DNA of 64,000 nucleotides from the human T2T-CHM13v2.0 reference genome, Homo sapiens: assembly GCF_009914755.1 (NCBI RefSeq), contig NC_060947.1; one strand, 5' to 3'. The translations under genes were made by a program, and so were the position numbers. Positions 1 through 20,582 of the stretch are shown piece by piece. Numbering within the stretch: the first letter of the stretch is position 1; the number at the start of each line of letters is the position of its first letter. The notes below the pieces were generated by a model. It worked only from the letters and a program-made list of their open reading frames with translations. It was not told where the DNA came from and did no database searches.

Positions 1-1552
1 TTGCATTTCTTCTTATAAGCCCACTAGGGCTGGTCTGAAGGCAGGGTGTTCAGGTATTGTCTTGGAGGCTAAATCTAAAAGACTGGTCTAAATCTTGCAG
101 CCTTGTGATCAGTCTTGGAGTCTGGGATCATGGGGATTACCCAGTACAATATATACTGTGACTAGCTTAGATCCTGTGTCTGTTGAAGCATAGGGGTGCA
201 GGAGCCAGCCTGGAGGTTAGGGCCACAGGGATTGGCTTCACACTGGTCAGGACTAAAGCCTGTTTCTACAGGTGATAGTCTAGTGTCTGAGGCCAGGTGT
301 GCTGACCTGGCATTGGGGTGGGTCTGAGGCCTAGGACTATGTGTGCCAATCTAGTTCTGTGCTGGTCTGGAACCTTGGACATGCCTAGAGCCTGGTGCTA
401 CAGGGGCTGGCCTGGAGCTGGGCAAGCATTGAACATGTATGCACAGGGCCTTGCCTGTAGACTGAGCCCATAAGTGCCAGCCTGATGACGAGTGTTGTGT
501 AGGCTATTTTGCTGAGAATGCTTTGGAGCCTGAGGCTTCTAGGGCCAGCCTGGTTCTGGTATGTCCCTAGATACAATAGTCTGTGGGGTTTGGCTGGATT
601 CAGCCTGCTTCTTGGTGTGTCTGAAGTCTGGGGTTGCTGGGGCTAGTCTGATAGTGGAGAAGACTCATAGCCCAGTGCTGCTGTGGTTGGACTCATGTTA
701 GAGTGAGCCTGAAGCCTGGGGGTTCGGACTGCCCTGAAACAGAGGTGACTCTGAAGTCTGGGATTGCTAGGGTGTCTCTAAAGCTTAGGGCTTTGGGAGA
801 TGGCCTAATGGTGGGGAGGACTTGAAGTTCAGTGTTGCTGGGGCTAGGCTGGCACTGTGGTGGTCCTGAACCTTGGTGTTGCTTGGATGATCCTGAAGCT
901 GGGGCAGCTAGGGCTGTCATGATGGAGAAGAAAGCCTGAAGCTCATTGGTGCCAGGGTCCAACTTGCACTGGGGTAGGCTCAAAGCTGGAGCTGCCAAGG
1001 CCAGCCTTGTCCTAGGATGTGCCTGACGTCTGGAGCCATTGAGGCTGCCTTGGCACTGGAATTAGTCTTGAGCTGGGGATGCTGAGGTTGGAATGGTTCT
1101 GGAGCTAGCACGAAGACTGAGTTTCCTGGGGTTGCAGGATCCATCCTGTGGCCAGTGTGGGCTTGGAGGCTCAGACAACAGGTACAAGTCTGGAGTGTGA
1201 GGCCATGGCATCCTGCCCAATCCTGGGTTTTACTGAGGCAGGTCAATTTTTTGAATCTTAGCAAAGACCAGGGATCACTTAACTCTTTTTTCCCAAAACG
1301 GAGGGTATCTCTCTCCATGCTGTGCTGCTTGGGGATGGCAGAAACGTAAAATAGATAATGTAAAACTGTATTTCTTACTATCCTCACTAGATTTTTTCTT
1401 ATTTCCTTGCTACACCCAGATGCAGTCATGTCTCACCTGGTTTTCTTAGCCCTTGTGAAGGTATTTTTATATATGAGGAGTGGTTTGAATTGATGTATCT
1501 GAGAGGGGACAAGTGTAGGAATCTCCTTTTCTGCAATCTGGCTCCATTGCTC
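1..1552 (-). mobile_element. 5' UTR of an old L1M-type LINE-1 (continues beyond window start), containing a degenerate ~43-bp tandem array
   Basis: Reverse complement of 1400-1550 (GGAGCCAGATTGCAGAAAAGG...AAGAAAACCAGGTGAGAC) resembles L1M 5' ends and parallels the L1 5' end at 11020-11160; recurring CCTGAAGCCTGGGG-like units lie upstream. Confidence 0.65.
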
Positions 1553-1574
1553 CTTTTTTTTTTTTTTTTTTTTT

Positions 1575-2190
1575 GAGCACTTTTGCATATAACTGTTGGT
1601 CATTTTTTCTGTCTTGTTTGGGAAAAATTCCATCAATTTCTTTGTTTATTGTAATTAGATTTTGTGTGTGTGTGTGTGTGTGTGTATGTGTGTGTGTCTG
1701 TGCCAATGTGTTTGCTATTGCTTTGTATAAGTTCTTTTTACACATTTTGGATATTACATATTTTGGATATTAAACTTTACATATTTTGGATATTAAACCC
1801 TTATTAGATAGATGGCTTATGCTTGCTTTCTCCCAATCTGTAGGTTGCCTTTTTATTTTGTTAGTAGTTTATGTCACTATGCAAAGGTTTCTTAGTTTGA
1901 TGGAGTCCTACTTTGTTTATTTTTGCTTTGATGGCCTGTGCTTCTGGTGTCATATAAAAAAATCACTGCCAAAATCAATGCTGAGGGGCTTTTTCCATAT
2001 GCTGTCTTCTAAAAGTTTATGGTTGTAGGCCTTACATTTAAGTTTTTAATGTATTTCAAGTTAATATTTGTATATGATATAAAATAAGGGTCCAATAAAT
2101 TTTTTTATACATAGTTTCCCCAACGGCACTTACTGAAGAGATTCTTCGTTTCCTATTGTATATTTTTGGTGCCCTTGTCAAAGGTTACTT
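1575..2190 (-). mobile_element. Old L1 (L1MA/L1M) ORF2 3' fragment
   Basis: Reverse complement matches the L1 ORF2 C-terminal region (AGGCAACCTACAGATTGGGAGAAA); contains (TG)n at 1663-1697 and a TTTTGGATATTA triplication at ~1743-1797. Confidence 0.75.
1663..1697. repeat. (TG)n microsatellite
   Basis: Directly visible. Confidence 0.95.
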
Positions 2191-2857
2191 GAGAAAATTA
2201 TAATTATACACCACAAAATTGGTTAACTAAGAAAAAATGGGTAAATTCCTAGAACCATATAGCCTATCAAGATTGAATCATTAAGAAATAGAAAATTTTA
2301 AAAGACCAATAATTAGTGAAAAGATTGAATTAGTAATTAAAGAAAAAACTCCCAACAAAGGGAACCCCAGAACCATATGGCTTCACATCTGCATTCTTTG
2401 AAACATTCAGAGAAACATTCGTGACAATACTTTTCATTGTCTTTAACAAAATTGAAGAGGGAGAAACACTTCCAAACACGTTTTCTGGGGCCAGCATTAC
2501 ACTCATACCAAAGCCACGTAAGGATGCTATGAGAAAATGAATTTTTAGACTAATATCACTGATGATTGTAGGTGTAAAAATTTTCAACAAATATTCGCAA
2601 ACCAAATTCAACAGTACATTAAAGGGATCATACATCTTGATCAAGTGGGATTTATCACTGGGATATAGAGAAGGTTCAACATACACAAATCAATAAATGT
2701 GATATAACACATTAATAGAATAAAGAATAAATTATATGAACATCTCAATGCACAAAAAGCATTATGTAAAACTCAATATATATTCATGATAAAAACTCTT
2801 AATTAGTTGGGTATAGAAGGAATATAACCAACATTAATACATGTTATATATGACAAG

Positions 2858-3239
2858 TAATATGGTTTGGCTCTGTTTCCCCACCCAAATCTCATATCAA
2901 AATTGTAATTCCCAATGTTCAGGGAGGGTCCTGGTGGGAGGTGATCAGATCATGGGAGCAGAATTTTCTCTTGCTGTTCTCATGATAGTGAGTGAGTTCT
3001 CATGAGATCTGGTTGTAAAAAAGTGTGTAACACTTCCCCTTTGCATTCTCTTTCCTGCTCTGCTATGTTAAGGTGTGCTTGTTTCCACTTTGCCTTCTGA
3101 CATGATTGCAGCTTCCTGAGGCCTCCCAGCTATGCCTTCTATACAGCCTGTGGAGCTGTGAGTTAATTAAACCTCTTTTCTTCATAAATTATGCCATCTC
3201 AGGTAGGTTTTTATAGCAGGGAGCAAAAGAACTAATACA
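2858..3239 (+). mobile_element. THE1D-like MaLR solo LTR
   Basis: Starts T(A)ATATGGTTTGGCTCTGTTTCCCCACCCAAATCTCAT, ends ACTAATACA; ~380 bp. Confidence 0.85.
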
Positions 3240-3642
3240 ACTCATCATATTCAATGTGAAAAATGGAAAGCTTTTCTTCTAAAATCCAGAAAAAGACAAG
3301 GATGCCCACTCTCCCCACTTCTGTTCAACAAAATACTGTAAGTCCAAGCTAGGGCAATGTGGCAAATGAAACAAAAGTATCCAAATTAGGAAAAAAAAAA
3401 GAAAACGAAAATTGTCTGTTTGCAAAAAATATGCTCTTCTATATAGAAAAACCCTAAAGGCTATACCAAAAAAATGTTGCAACTAACAAACAACTGTAGT
3501 AGAGTTGTGGGATACCAAAATTAACATACAAAAATCAGTATCCTATTTAAAAAATATGTTGAGAACATAACTCCATTAGAAAGTGGGGAAAGAACATGAA
3601 TAGACTTTTTTTTAAAAGAAGACATAAAAATGATTAAAAGTG

Positions 3643-9912
<6,270 letters not shown>

Positions 9913-11715
9913 ATTAAAAGTGTATAAAAATGCTTAACTTCACTAATTATTAGATAAATTCAAATTAAAACAACAATGAGATATCATCTCACCTTAGTCA
10001 GAGTAGCTATTAACATTCAATAAATAACAGATGTTGGCAAGGGTGCAGAGAACAAGGAATGAGTATTTAATGTTGTTGCAAATGTAAATTAGTACAGCCT
10101 TTATGTAAAACAGCACAGAGATTTCTCAAAGATCTAAACCTAGAATTACTATTTGAGTCAACAGTTCTACTACTGGGTATCCACACCCCTCAAAAACAAA
10201 ACAAAACAAAAAACCTATTATATAAAAAGACACCTGCACTGGTATGTTTATTACAGCACATTCACAATAGCAAAGATACTGAATCAACCTAAGTGTGTCA
10301 ATGAATGAATGGATAAAGAAAATATTACATATACATATAATGAAATATTATTCAGCCATAAAAATTTAAATCATTTCTTTTGCAGCAGCATGGATTGAAG
10401 TGGAGGCCATTATCTTAGGTGAAAGAATTCAGACAAAGAAAGTCAAATTCCACGTTTTCACTTATAAATGACAGCTAAATAATGTATACACATGGAAACA
10501 AAGTGTGTAATAATAGATATTGTAGGAGTAGAAGGGTGAGAGAGAGTAAGAGATAAATAACTTAATGGATACAATGTATATTATTCAAGTGATTGTTACA
10601 CTAAAATACTTCACCACTATACAATATATCCATGCAACAAACTGCACTTGTATACCTTAAATTTATACTAATAAAAAATAATCAAAAGACAAATGATAGC
10701 ATGTTTCCTTAAAATGATCTAATTTAGAACAGCATAACAGAACCTAAATGCTTAACCTAAAGTTAACCAAGGAGGTGAAAGATCCACACACTGCAAGTTA
10801 TAAAACATTGGTTGAAAAAATTGTAGTAGATACAAATAAATAGAAATTTACCTGTGTTCATGTATTAGAAGAATTAATATTGTGTTAAATGTCCAAACTA
10901 GCCAAAGCCATCTCCAGATTTAATGCAACACCTTTCAAAATTTCAATGCCATTTGTCACAGTAGAAAAAAAATCTTAGAATGCATATGAAACCACAAATA
11001 ACTAAGAAAGCCTGCTGCAGAGTGGTGCAAGATGGTATAATAGAAGACTCCACTAACTTTCCCCTCTCAAGGACACCAATTAAACCACTAGCTACACAAA
11101 AAGTACTTTTATAAGAACCAAAACTCAGGTGAGCACTCACAGTACCTGGTTTTCACTTCACATCACTGAAAGAAACGCTAACGAGGTAGAAAAAAATGGT
11201 GTTGAATGGCCAACGCCACATTTCTCCCATCCCCCAGCATCAGTGGGGGGTGCATAGAGCATTTCTGTGTGCAGAGAAGAGATCACAGCATTTGTGAGAC
11301 ATTGAACTCATTTCTGCCCTACTATAACAGAAAACAAAACTGGACCAAAATTAGCTCATGCCTGCCCATGGAGGGAGCATTTAAACTGTCCCTAACCAGA
11401 GAGGAATTGATGATACCAGAAATTTGAACTTAAGTTTCTGCAAGTCTTACCACCACAGGCTAAAATGCACTGGGGCCACAAATAAACTTGAAAGTAAGCC
11501 AAGGCCACAAGGACTGAAAATCCTAGGTGAGCCCTAGTGTTGAACTGGGACCTGAGACAGTGGACTGGAGTGGACACATGGCAGCTAAGGGAGTGCTGGC
11601 ATCACTCCTCACCTAACTTCAGCGTGCACAGCTTAAGGCTACAAAAAGACCCCATCTCGCCATGTAAGAGAGGAGAGGGAAGAGTGGGGATGACTTCGTC
11701 TTTCATCTTGGATAC

Positions 11716-11781
11716 CAACTCAGTAACAGTTGAATATCAACTCAGTAACAGTTGAATATCAACTCAGTAACAGTAGGATAT
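11716..11781. repeat. 3 x 22-bp tandem repeat CAACTCAGTAACAGTTGAATAT
   Basis: Directly visible; third copy ends AGGATAT. Confidence 0.95.
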
Positions 11782-14700
11782 GGCACTGGTCAGAGACATG
11801 AGGAAGTTTTCCAAGCCCTAGATCCTGGTTTAACATTTCTAGTCACACTTTTGACCAGAAGGGAACGTGTTGCCTTGAAGAGAAAGATCCAGTCCTGGCA
11901 GGATTTATTAACTTCTAACTGAAGAACTCTTGGTCCCTGAATAGTTAGTAGCAATGCCCAGGTACCTCATTAATGACCTTGAGTGAGACCCATAAACTTG
12001 CAGGCTTTAGGTGAAACTCAACACACTTTAAACAATAGTGGCTATGGAGCAAAACTCCACTCACCTGAGAGAAGTAGAGGAAAAAGCAAGGGGACTTTGT
12101 CTTGTACCTTAGGTACCAACTTGTCTACAGGGGAATAGAGCACCAAGTGGGCTCTTTGGTTCTTCAATTCTAGAACTTGGCTCTTGGATAGTATTTCTGG
12201 ACCTGTCCTGGGCCACAGGGGAGCCCATTGTCCTGAAGGGTGGGTCCAAGGCAGGGCAGCATTCACTACAAGCTGACTGAAGAGACTTTGAGTCTTCAGG
12301 GAATGTCAGTGGTAGACTCATGGGCCTGTGGTGGAAGTGGTCATGGGGTGAGGTTCCTCTGCATTTGGAAAGGGGAGGGAAGACTGGAAAGAACTGCATC
12401 TTGTGGTTTGAGTGCCAGTTCAGCCACAGTGCAATAGAACATCAGGTAACAACATCAGGTAACCTTCTAAGTTTGTTGACTCTAATCCCTGAAATCTGAA
12501 TGGCACCTCAGGACATGCCCAGGGTAAGAGAAAACCTGTCATACTAAACAGAAAGACACAGGCCTGGTTGATTTTGCCACCTGCTGATTGGAGAGCCTCA
12601 GGGCTTTGAGCTAACATAAGCAGTAGCCAGAAAGTGTTTCAGCAGGCCACGGGTGAGACCCTGTGATGTGTAGGTTTCAGGTCAGACCCAGCTGTCATAC
12701 TGATGGTGACCACAAGGGTGCCTGTGTCTGTCAAACCACTCCCAGCTCCAGGTGGCTCAGAAGAAAGAGAGAGACTCTATCCATTTGGGAGAAAGTAAGA
12801 GAAGAGGGCAAGAGTCTCTGCCTGGTAATATAGATAATTCATCTGGACTTGTCCAAGACCATCAGAGTGGTACCGCTATGAGTCTGCAAGAACCACAACA
12901 TTACTGGGGTTGAAGTGCCCCCTAAAGCAGACACAGCTTAGATTACAACACTTAAGTCCTTTAAAATATCTGGAAAGTCTTCTCAGGAAGGATAGGCACA
13001 AACAAACCCAGACTGCAAAAACTGCAATAAATGGATAACAACTATTTAATGACCAGGAACTAGAAAATATCTACAAGTATCAACATCATCCAGGAAATCA
13101 GAAACTCACCAAATGAACTAAATTAGTCACCAGAGACAAATCCTGAAAAAACAGAAATATGTGACCTTTCAGAGAATTCAAAAGAGTTATGTTGAGGAAA
13201 CTCAATGAATTTCGAGATAACACAGAGAAGAATTCAGAATTTTATCAGATAAATTTAACAAAGAGATTGAAATAATTAAAAAGAATCAAGCAGAAATTCC
13301 GGAGCTGAAAAAATCCAATTTGCATACTGAATAATACATTAGAGTCTTTTAATAGCAGAATCAAGCAGAAGAAAGAATTAATGAACTTGAAGACAGCTTA
13401 TTTGAAAATACACAGTAAGAGAAGACAAAAGAAAAAAGAATAAAAAACAATGAATCGTGCCTACTGGATTAAGAAAATAACTCAAAAGGGCAAAACTAAG
13501 AGTTATTGGCCTTAAAGAGGAGGTAGAGAAAGATATTAAGGTAGATAGTTTATTCAAATGAATAGTAACAGGTGACATTCTAAACCTAGAGAAAGATATC
13601 AATATCCAAGTACAAGAAGAACATACAATACCCAGCAGATTTAACCCAAAGAAGACTAATTGAAGGCATTTAATAATCAAACTCCCAAAGGTCAAAGAAA
13701 AGGAAGGCTCCTGAAAGCAACAAGAGAAAAGAGACAACATAAAATGGATCACCAATATGTCTGGCAACACACTTTTCAGATGAAACCTTACAGGTCAGGA
13801 GAGAATGACATGACATATTTAAACTTCTGAAAGAAAAAATCCTTTTACCCTATAGTAGTATATCTGACAAAAATATCTTTCACACATGAAGGAAAGATAA
13901 AGACTTTCTCAGAAAAACAAAAGCTGTGGTATTTCATCAACACCAGTCATCGCCTGTAAGAAATGCTAAAGGAGTTACATCAATAAGAAAGAAAAGATGT
14001 TAATGAACAATAAGCAATAATCTGAAGTTCCAAAACTCACTGGAAATAGTAAGTGCACAGAAATACACAGAATATTATAGCACTCTAACTGTTGTGTAAA
14101 CTACTTTTATTCTAAGTAGAAAGACTAAATGATGAACTGCTTAAAAAAAATAACTACAACAAGCATTTAAAACAAAGATGGGAATATAAGATATAAGTAG
14201 TAATAATAATAAGTTAAAAATAGGAAACAAATTTAAGGCACAGAGTCTTTATTCATTTTTTAGCTTGTTTGTTTATGCAAACAATGTTAAATTGTTATCA
14301 GCTTAAAATAATGGATTATAAGATAGTATTTGCAATTCTCATGGTAACCTCAAATCAAAAAACATAAAATGGATACAAAATAATAAAAAGCAAGAAACAA
14401 AGCCATATAACCAGAGAAAATAACTTCCCCTAAAAAGGAAAACAGGAAGTAAGAAAAGAAGAAAGAGAAGATGACAAAACAACCAGAAAATAAATAACAA
14501 AATAGTAGGAGTAAATCCTTACTTATCAAAAATAACATTAAATGTAAAAGCACTAAACTCTCCAATCAAATGACATAAAGTGACTCAATGGATAAACAAA
14601 AATCAAGATGCATTGATCTGTTGCCTACAAGAAACACACTTCACCTATAAAGACACACATGAACTGAAAATAAAGGACAGGGAAAAGATATTACATTCCA

Positions 14701-15640
14701 ATGAAAACCAAAATAAAAGAGAAGAAGTAGCTTTACTTATATCAGAAAAAAATAGATTTCAAGACAAAGACCATAAAAACACACAAAGAAGGTCACTATA
14801 TAATGATAAAGGGGTTGATTAAGCAAGAGAATATAACAAATTTAAATATATATGCACCCAACACTGGAACACCCAGATGTGTAAAGGAACTGTTATTTGA
14901 GCTAAGGAGACACATAGGCCCTAACACAATAATAGCTGAGACTTCAACACTCCACTTTCAGCATTAGATAGATCTTTCAGGCAGAAAATTAACAAAAAAT
15001 AATCATATTCAATCTGGACTAGAGGACAAATGGATCTAACAGATATTTACAGAACATTGTATTCAATGGCTGCAGAATACACATACTGTTCCTCAACACA
15101 TGGATTATTTTTGAGGATAGATCGTATGCTAGGTCATAAAACAAATCCTTAAACATTCAAAAAAGAAGTGTTATGAATATCTTATCTGATCACAATATAG
15201 TAAAACTAGAAATCAATAACAAGAGGAGAGGAAATTTGGAAACTATGCAAATGCATGGAAATTAAACAATATAGTCTCAAATGACCAGTGAATCAATAAA
15301 AACAATTAAGAAGTAAATTGTAAAATTGTGGGAAACAAATGATAATGGAAACACAACATACCAAAACCTAGGGAATACTACAAAAGCAGTACTAAGAGGG
15401 AAGTCTACAGCCCAAAGTGCCTATGTTGGAAAAGAAAAAGAATTCTTCAAATAAACAACCTGATGATACATCTTAAAGAACTAGAAAAGCAATAGCAAAT
15501 GAAACACAAAATTAGTAGAAGAAAAGATATAATAGAAGTCAAAGCAGCGATAAATGAAATTGAAATGAATAAAACACTATAAAAAATCAATAAAACAAAA
15601 AATTGTTTTTAGAAAAGTTAAAAAAAAAAAAGAATAAAAC

Positions 15641-15686
15641 AGGGGCCAGGGAGCTTGGGTGCCATCTTGGAATTCTGTCTACTGCA
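15641..15686 (-). mobile_element. Short MLT1E-like LTR 5' end inside a ~135-bp foreign insertion
   Basis: Reverse complement TGCAGTAGACAGAATTCCAAGATGGCACCCAAGCTCCCTGGCCCCT resembles the recalled MLT1E start TGTGGTAGGCAGAATTCTAAGATGGCCCCCAAG. Confidence 0.55.
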
Positions 15687-18600
15687 CATTCATAGTTAAC
15701 TAAGAATTTTTTATTGCAAATAAATATTAATGTCATAAATAGATTTTTTATATCTATTGAGATATTAAAAAAATTGACACACCTTTAAGCAGACTAAGAA
15801 AAAAGAAGATCCAAATAAATAAAATTGGAGATTAAAAAGGAGACATTACAACTGGTAGTGCAGAAATTCAAAGGATTATTAGTAGCGACTAAGAGAAACA
15901 ATATGTAAATAAATTGGAAAATCTAGAAGAAATGAACACATTCCTAATACATACAAACTACCAAAATTGAACCAGGAAGAAACCCAAAACCTGAACAGAC
16001 CAATAACAAATAATGAGATCAAAACCATTATAAAAAGTCTCTCTAAAGAAAAGCCTGCAACCCAATGGCTTCACTGTTGATTTCAACCAAACATTTAAAA
16101 AAGAACTAATATTGATCCTACCCAAAGTATCTCCAAAAATAGAGGAGAAGAAAATACTTCAAAACTCATTCTACAAGGCTGGTATTTCCCTGACACCAAA
16201 ACCAGAAAAAGAAATATCCCAAAAAAGAAAACTAAAGGCCAATATTTCTGATGAATATTAATGCAAAAATCCTCAACAAAATATTAGTTAACTAAATTCA
16301 ACAATACATTAAAAAGATCACTTATCATGACCAAGTGGGATTTATTCCTGGAATGCAAGGAAGGTTCAATATACACAAATAAATCAATGTGGTATATCAC
16401 ATCAACAAAGTGAAGGATGAAAACCATATAATCATTTCAACTAATGCTGAAATAGCATTTGATAAAATCCAACATCTCTTCCTGATAAAAACCCTCAAAA
16501 ATCTGGGTACAGAAGGAACATATTTCAACATGATAAAAGCCATATATGATAGACTCACACTGGTATCATACTGAATGGGGAAAAACTGAAAGCCTCTCCT
16601 CTAAGATCTGGAACACAACGAGGATGCTCACTTGACCAGTGTTGTTCAACATAGTACTGGCAGTCTTCGATAGAGCAATCAGACAAGAAAAATAAAGGGC
16701 ATCAAAATTGAAATGGAAGAAGTCAAATTGTCCTTTTTTTGTAGATGATATGTGATTGTATTTGGAAAAATCTAAGGACTCCACAAAAAAAAAAAGTATT
16801 AGAGCTATTAACCAAATTCCAAAAAGTTGCAGGATACAAAGTCAATACACAAAAATTAGTAACATTTTTATATGCCAACAGTGAACAACGTGAAAAAAGT
16901 AAAAAGGCAATCCCATTTGCAGTAGCCACAACTAATGTTAGATACTTAGGAATTCACTCAACCAAATAAGTGGAAGATATGCACAATAAAAATTATAAAA
17001 CACTGAGAAAAGAAATTGAAGTGAAAAAATGGAAAAATATTTTGTTTATGGATTGGAAGTATCGATATTGTTAAAATGCTTATAATGCCCAAAGCAACAT
17101 ACAGATTGAATGCAATAACTATCAAAATATCAATGACAGTCTTCACAAAAATATTTTAAATATTCCAAAATTTATATGGAGCCATACAAGACGCAGAATA
17201 GCCAAAACTATCCTAATCAAAAGAAAGAAAACTAGAGGAATCACATGACCTGACTTCAAAGTACACTTCAGAGGAATAGAAATCAAAATAGCATGGTACT
17301 GGCGTAAAAACAGACACGCAGACCAGTGGAAGAGAATAGAGAACCCAGAAACAAATCCACACACCTACAGTGCACTAATATTCAGCTAAGTTGCCAATAA
17401 CATACACTAGAGAAAAGACAGTCTTTTCAATAAATGGTGCTAGGAAAACGATATATCCAGAATAATAAAGCTGGAATCTTATCTCTTGCCATATACAGAA
17501 ATCACACCAAAATGGATTAAAGACATACATCTAAAACATTTTAGACTATGAAATTCTTTCAATAAAACATTGGGGAAAATCTACAGGACATTGGTTTGGG
17601 CAAAAGTTTTTCGAGCAATACCCCACAAGCACAGGAAATCAAAACAAAAATAGACAAATGTGATCATATCAAGTTAAAAAGCTACCGTGCAGCAAAAGAA
17701 AACAATCAATAAAGTGAAGAGACCACCCACAGAATGAAATAATATATTTGAAAATTGCCCATCTGTCAAGGGATTAATAATCAGAATCTATGAGGAGATC
17801 AAACACTGTATTTAAAAAATTAATAATGAGATTAAAAATGAAAAAAATATTTGAAGAGACATTTCTCAAAAAAGACATACAAATGGCAAATAGGCATGTG
17901 AAAAATGCTCAACATCATTTATAATCAGATAAATGCAAATCAAACATTTCAAATGGCTTTTATCCAAAAGTCATGCAATAATAAATGTTGGTGAGGATGT
18001 GGAGATAAACCCTCATACACTGTTAGTGGGAATGTATATTAGTACAACCACTATAAAGAACAGTTTGGAGGTTTCCTCAAAACACTAAAAATTGAGGTAC
18101 CCTGTGATCTAGCAATCCCACCTCTGGGTATATATCCAAAACAATGAAAATCGGTATATTGAAGAGATATCTCCACTCCTATGTTTTTGGCAACACTGTT
18201 TACAGTAGCAAAGATTTGGAACAACCTAAGTGTCCATCAACAGATAAATGGCCAAAGAAAATGTGGTACATATACACAATGAAGTACTATTTAGCCATAA
18301 AAAATGAGATTCTGTAATTTGCAACAACATGGAGGGAACTGGGTCATTATGCTAAGTGAAATAAGCCAGGCACAGAAGGATTAACATTACATGCTTTCGT
18401 TTATGTCTGGGATCTAACAATCAAAGCAACTAAACTCATTGAGATCGAGTATAGAAGAATAGTTACCAGATGCTGGGAAGGGTAATATGAGGGTAGGGTG
18501 AGTTGGGGATGCTTAATGGGTAGAAAAAAAATAGAAAGAATGTACAAGACCTAATATTTGATAGCAACTCAATAGGGTGACTACAGTTAATAATAATTGT

Positions 18601-20086
18601 ATTGCACATTTAAAAATTACTAAAAGAGTATAATTGGATTGTTTTTAACACAAAGGATAAATGCTTGGAAGGATAGGTGCCTCATTTTACATGATGTGAT
18701 AATTGTGTATTGCATGCTTGTATAAAATCATCCCATGTACCCATAAATATATATGCTATGTAATACCCAAATTATAATAAAAGATTTTTAAATATAGGTA
18801 AACCAATTATGCTCAAAAAGAATGAATCTGGATGCATCACACTTTTCAATTTCAAACTATATTACAAAGCTATAGAAATCACGACAGTATAGTACTGGTA
18901 TAAAAACAGGCACATAGGCCAATAGATCAGAATACAGTGTGGAAACATGTGATAAGCTATTCTTTGACAAGACCACCGATAATATATAATGGGTAAATGA
19001 TATTTTCTTTAATAAATGGTGGTGAGAAACATGACACCACGTGCAAATGAATGAAATTGAACAGTTTTTATACACTATATACAAAAATCAATTTAAATGT
19101 GTTAACTTAAAAAAAAGACTTGAAACAATAAAACTTGTTAAAAATAACTTACAAGAAAACCTCTTTGTCATTGGTCTCAGCAATGATTTTTACAAATTTA
19201 ACACTGAAAGCAGAGGCAAAAAGAACCAAATAAGAAAATGGGGCCACTTCAAACTAGTACGTGTCTGCACAGCAAAAGAAACTGTCAACATAATGAAAAG
19301 ACAATTTAAAGACTAGAGAAAAATACTTGTAAAGCACATATCTGATAATGGGTAATATGTAATATATATATGTAGCTCATACTGGCAAAAAAGAACAAAA
19401 TTAAAATAACTTGATTTTAAAATGTGCAAAGGACATAAATAAGCTTTTCCAAAGGCATACAAATGGCTGACAGGTATATGAAAAGGTGCTCAACATTACT
19501 AATCATCAGGCATACGAAAATCAAAAACCACAATGGGATATCACCTCACACCTGTTAGAATAGCTATTCTCAAAAAGGGAAGAGTGTTGTCAAAATGGTA
19601 AAAGAAGGAGAACTCTTGTACAGTGTTTGGGGGAATGTAAATTGGTCCAACCATTATGGGAAACAGCATGGTGATTACTCAAAACATTAAAAATATTAAA
19701 AATAGACCTACCATAAGATCTAGCAACATACTTCTGGGTATCTATTCAAAGTAAATAAAATCAATACCTTAGGAGATATTTGTACTCTCTTGTTTGTTAC
19801 AACATTATGCACAATGATCACAATATAAAAACAATGTAAGTGTCCATGATGCATATACATATATAGTTATATATATAATAAAGTATTATTCAGACATTAA
19901 AGAAGAAAATCCTGCCATTTGCAACAACATGCATGAATCTTGGGGACATTAGGATAACTGAAAGAAGCCAGACACAGAAAGACAAATATTTTATGATCTC
20001 ATTTATATGAGAAATCTAAAGAATCTAGCTCAGATTGACATATTTGTCTAATTTTTACCTGGTGGCTGGCAGCTGGGAAAAAAATA

Positions 20087-20418
<332 letters not shown>

Positions 20419-20529
20419 TTATGAGATGAATAAGCCCTGGAGACCTAATATACAGCATAGTGACTATAGTTAACAATACTGTATTTTATACCCAAAATTT
20501 CCTAAGAGAGTAGATTTCAGGTGTTTTTA

Positions 20530-20563
<34 letters not shown>

Positions 20564-20582
20564 TCACACAGACATACACACT
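20530..20582. repeat. (CA)n microsatellite
   Basis: Directly visible. Confidence 0.95.

Larger units (their letters stand above)
11010..18790 (+). mobile_element. Full-length decayed L1MA2-like element (L1M1-type 5' UTR)
   Basis: 5' CAAGATGGTATAATAGAAGACTCC; ~2-kb 5' UTR, ORF1 remnants ~13.0-14.0 kb, ORF2 remnants ~14.5-18.4 kb; L1MA1-3-type 3' end (GGATAAATGCTTGGAAGGATAGG). Confidence 0.85.

Noticed and set aside
1575-2860. Head-to-head L1 junction at ~2190 as a twin-priming inversion
   Set aside because: The inverted piece corresponds to a downstream ORF2 region also present at ~18950-19490, not to sequence upstream of the breakpoint; more likely two separate elements
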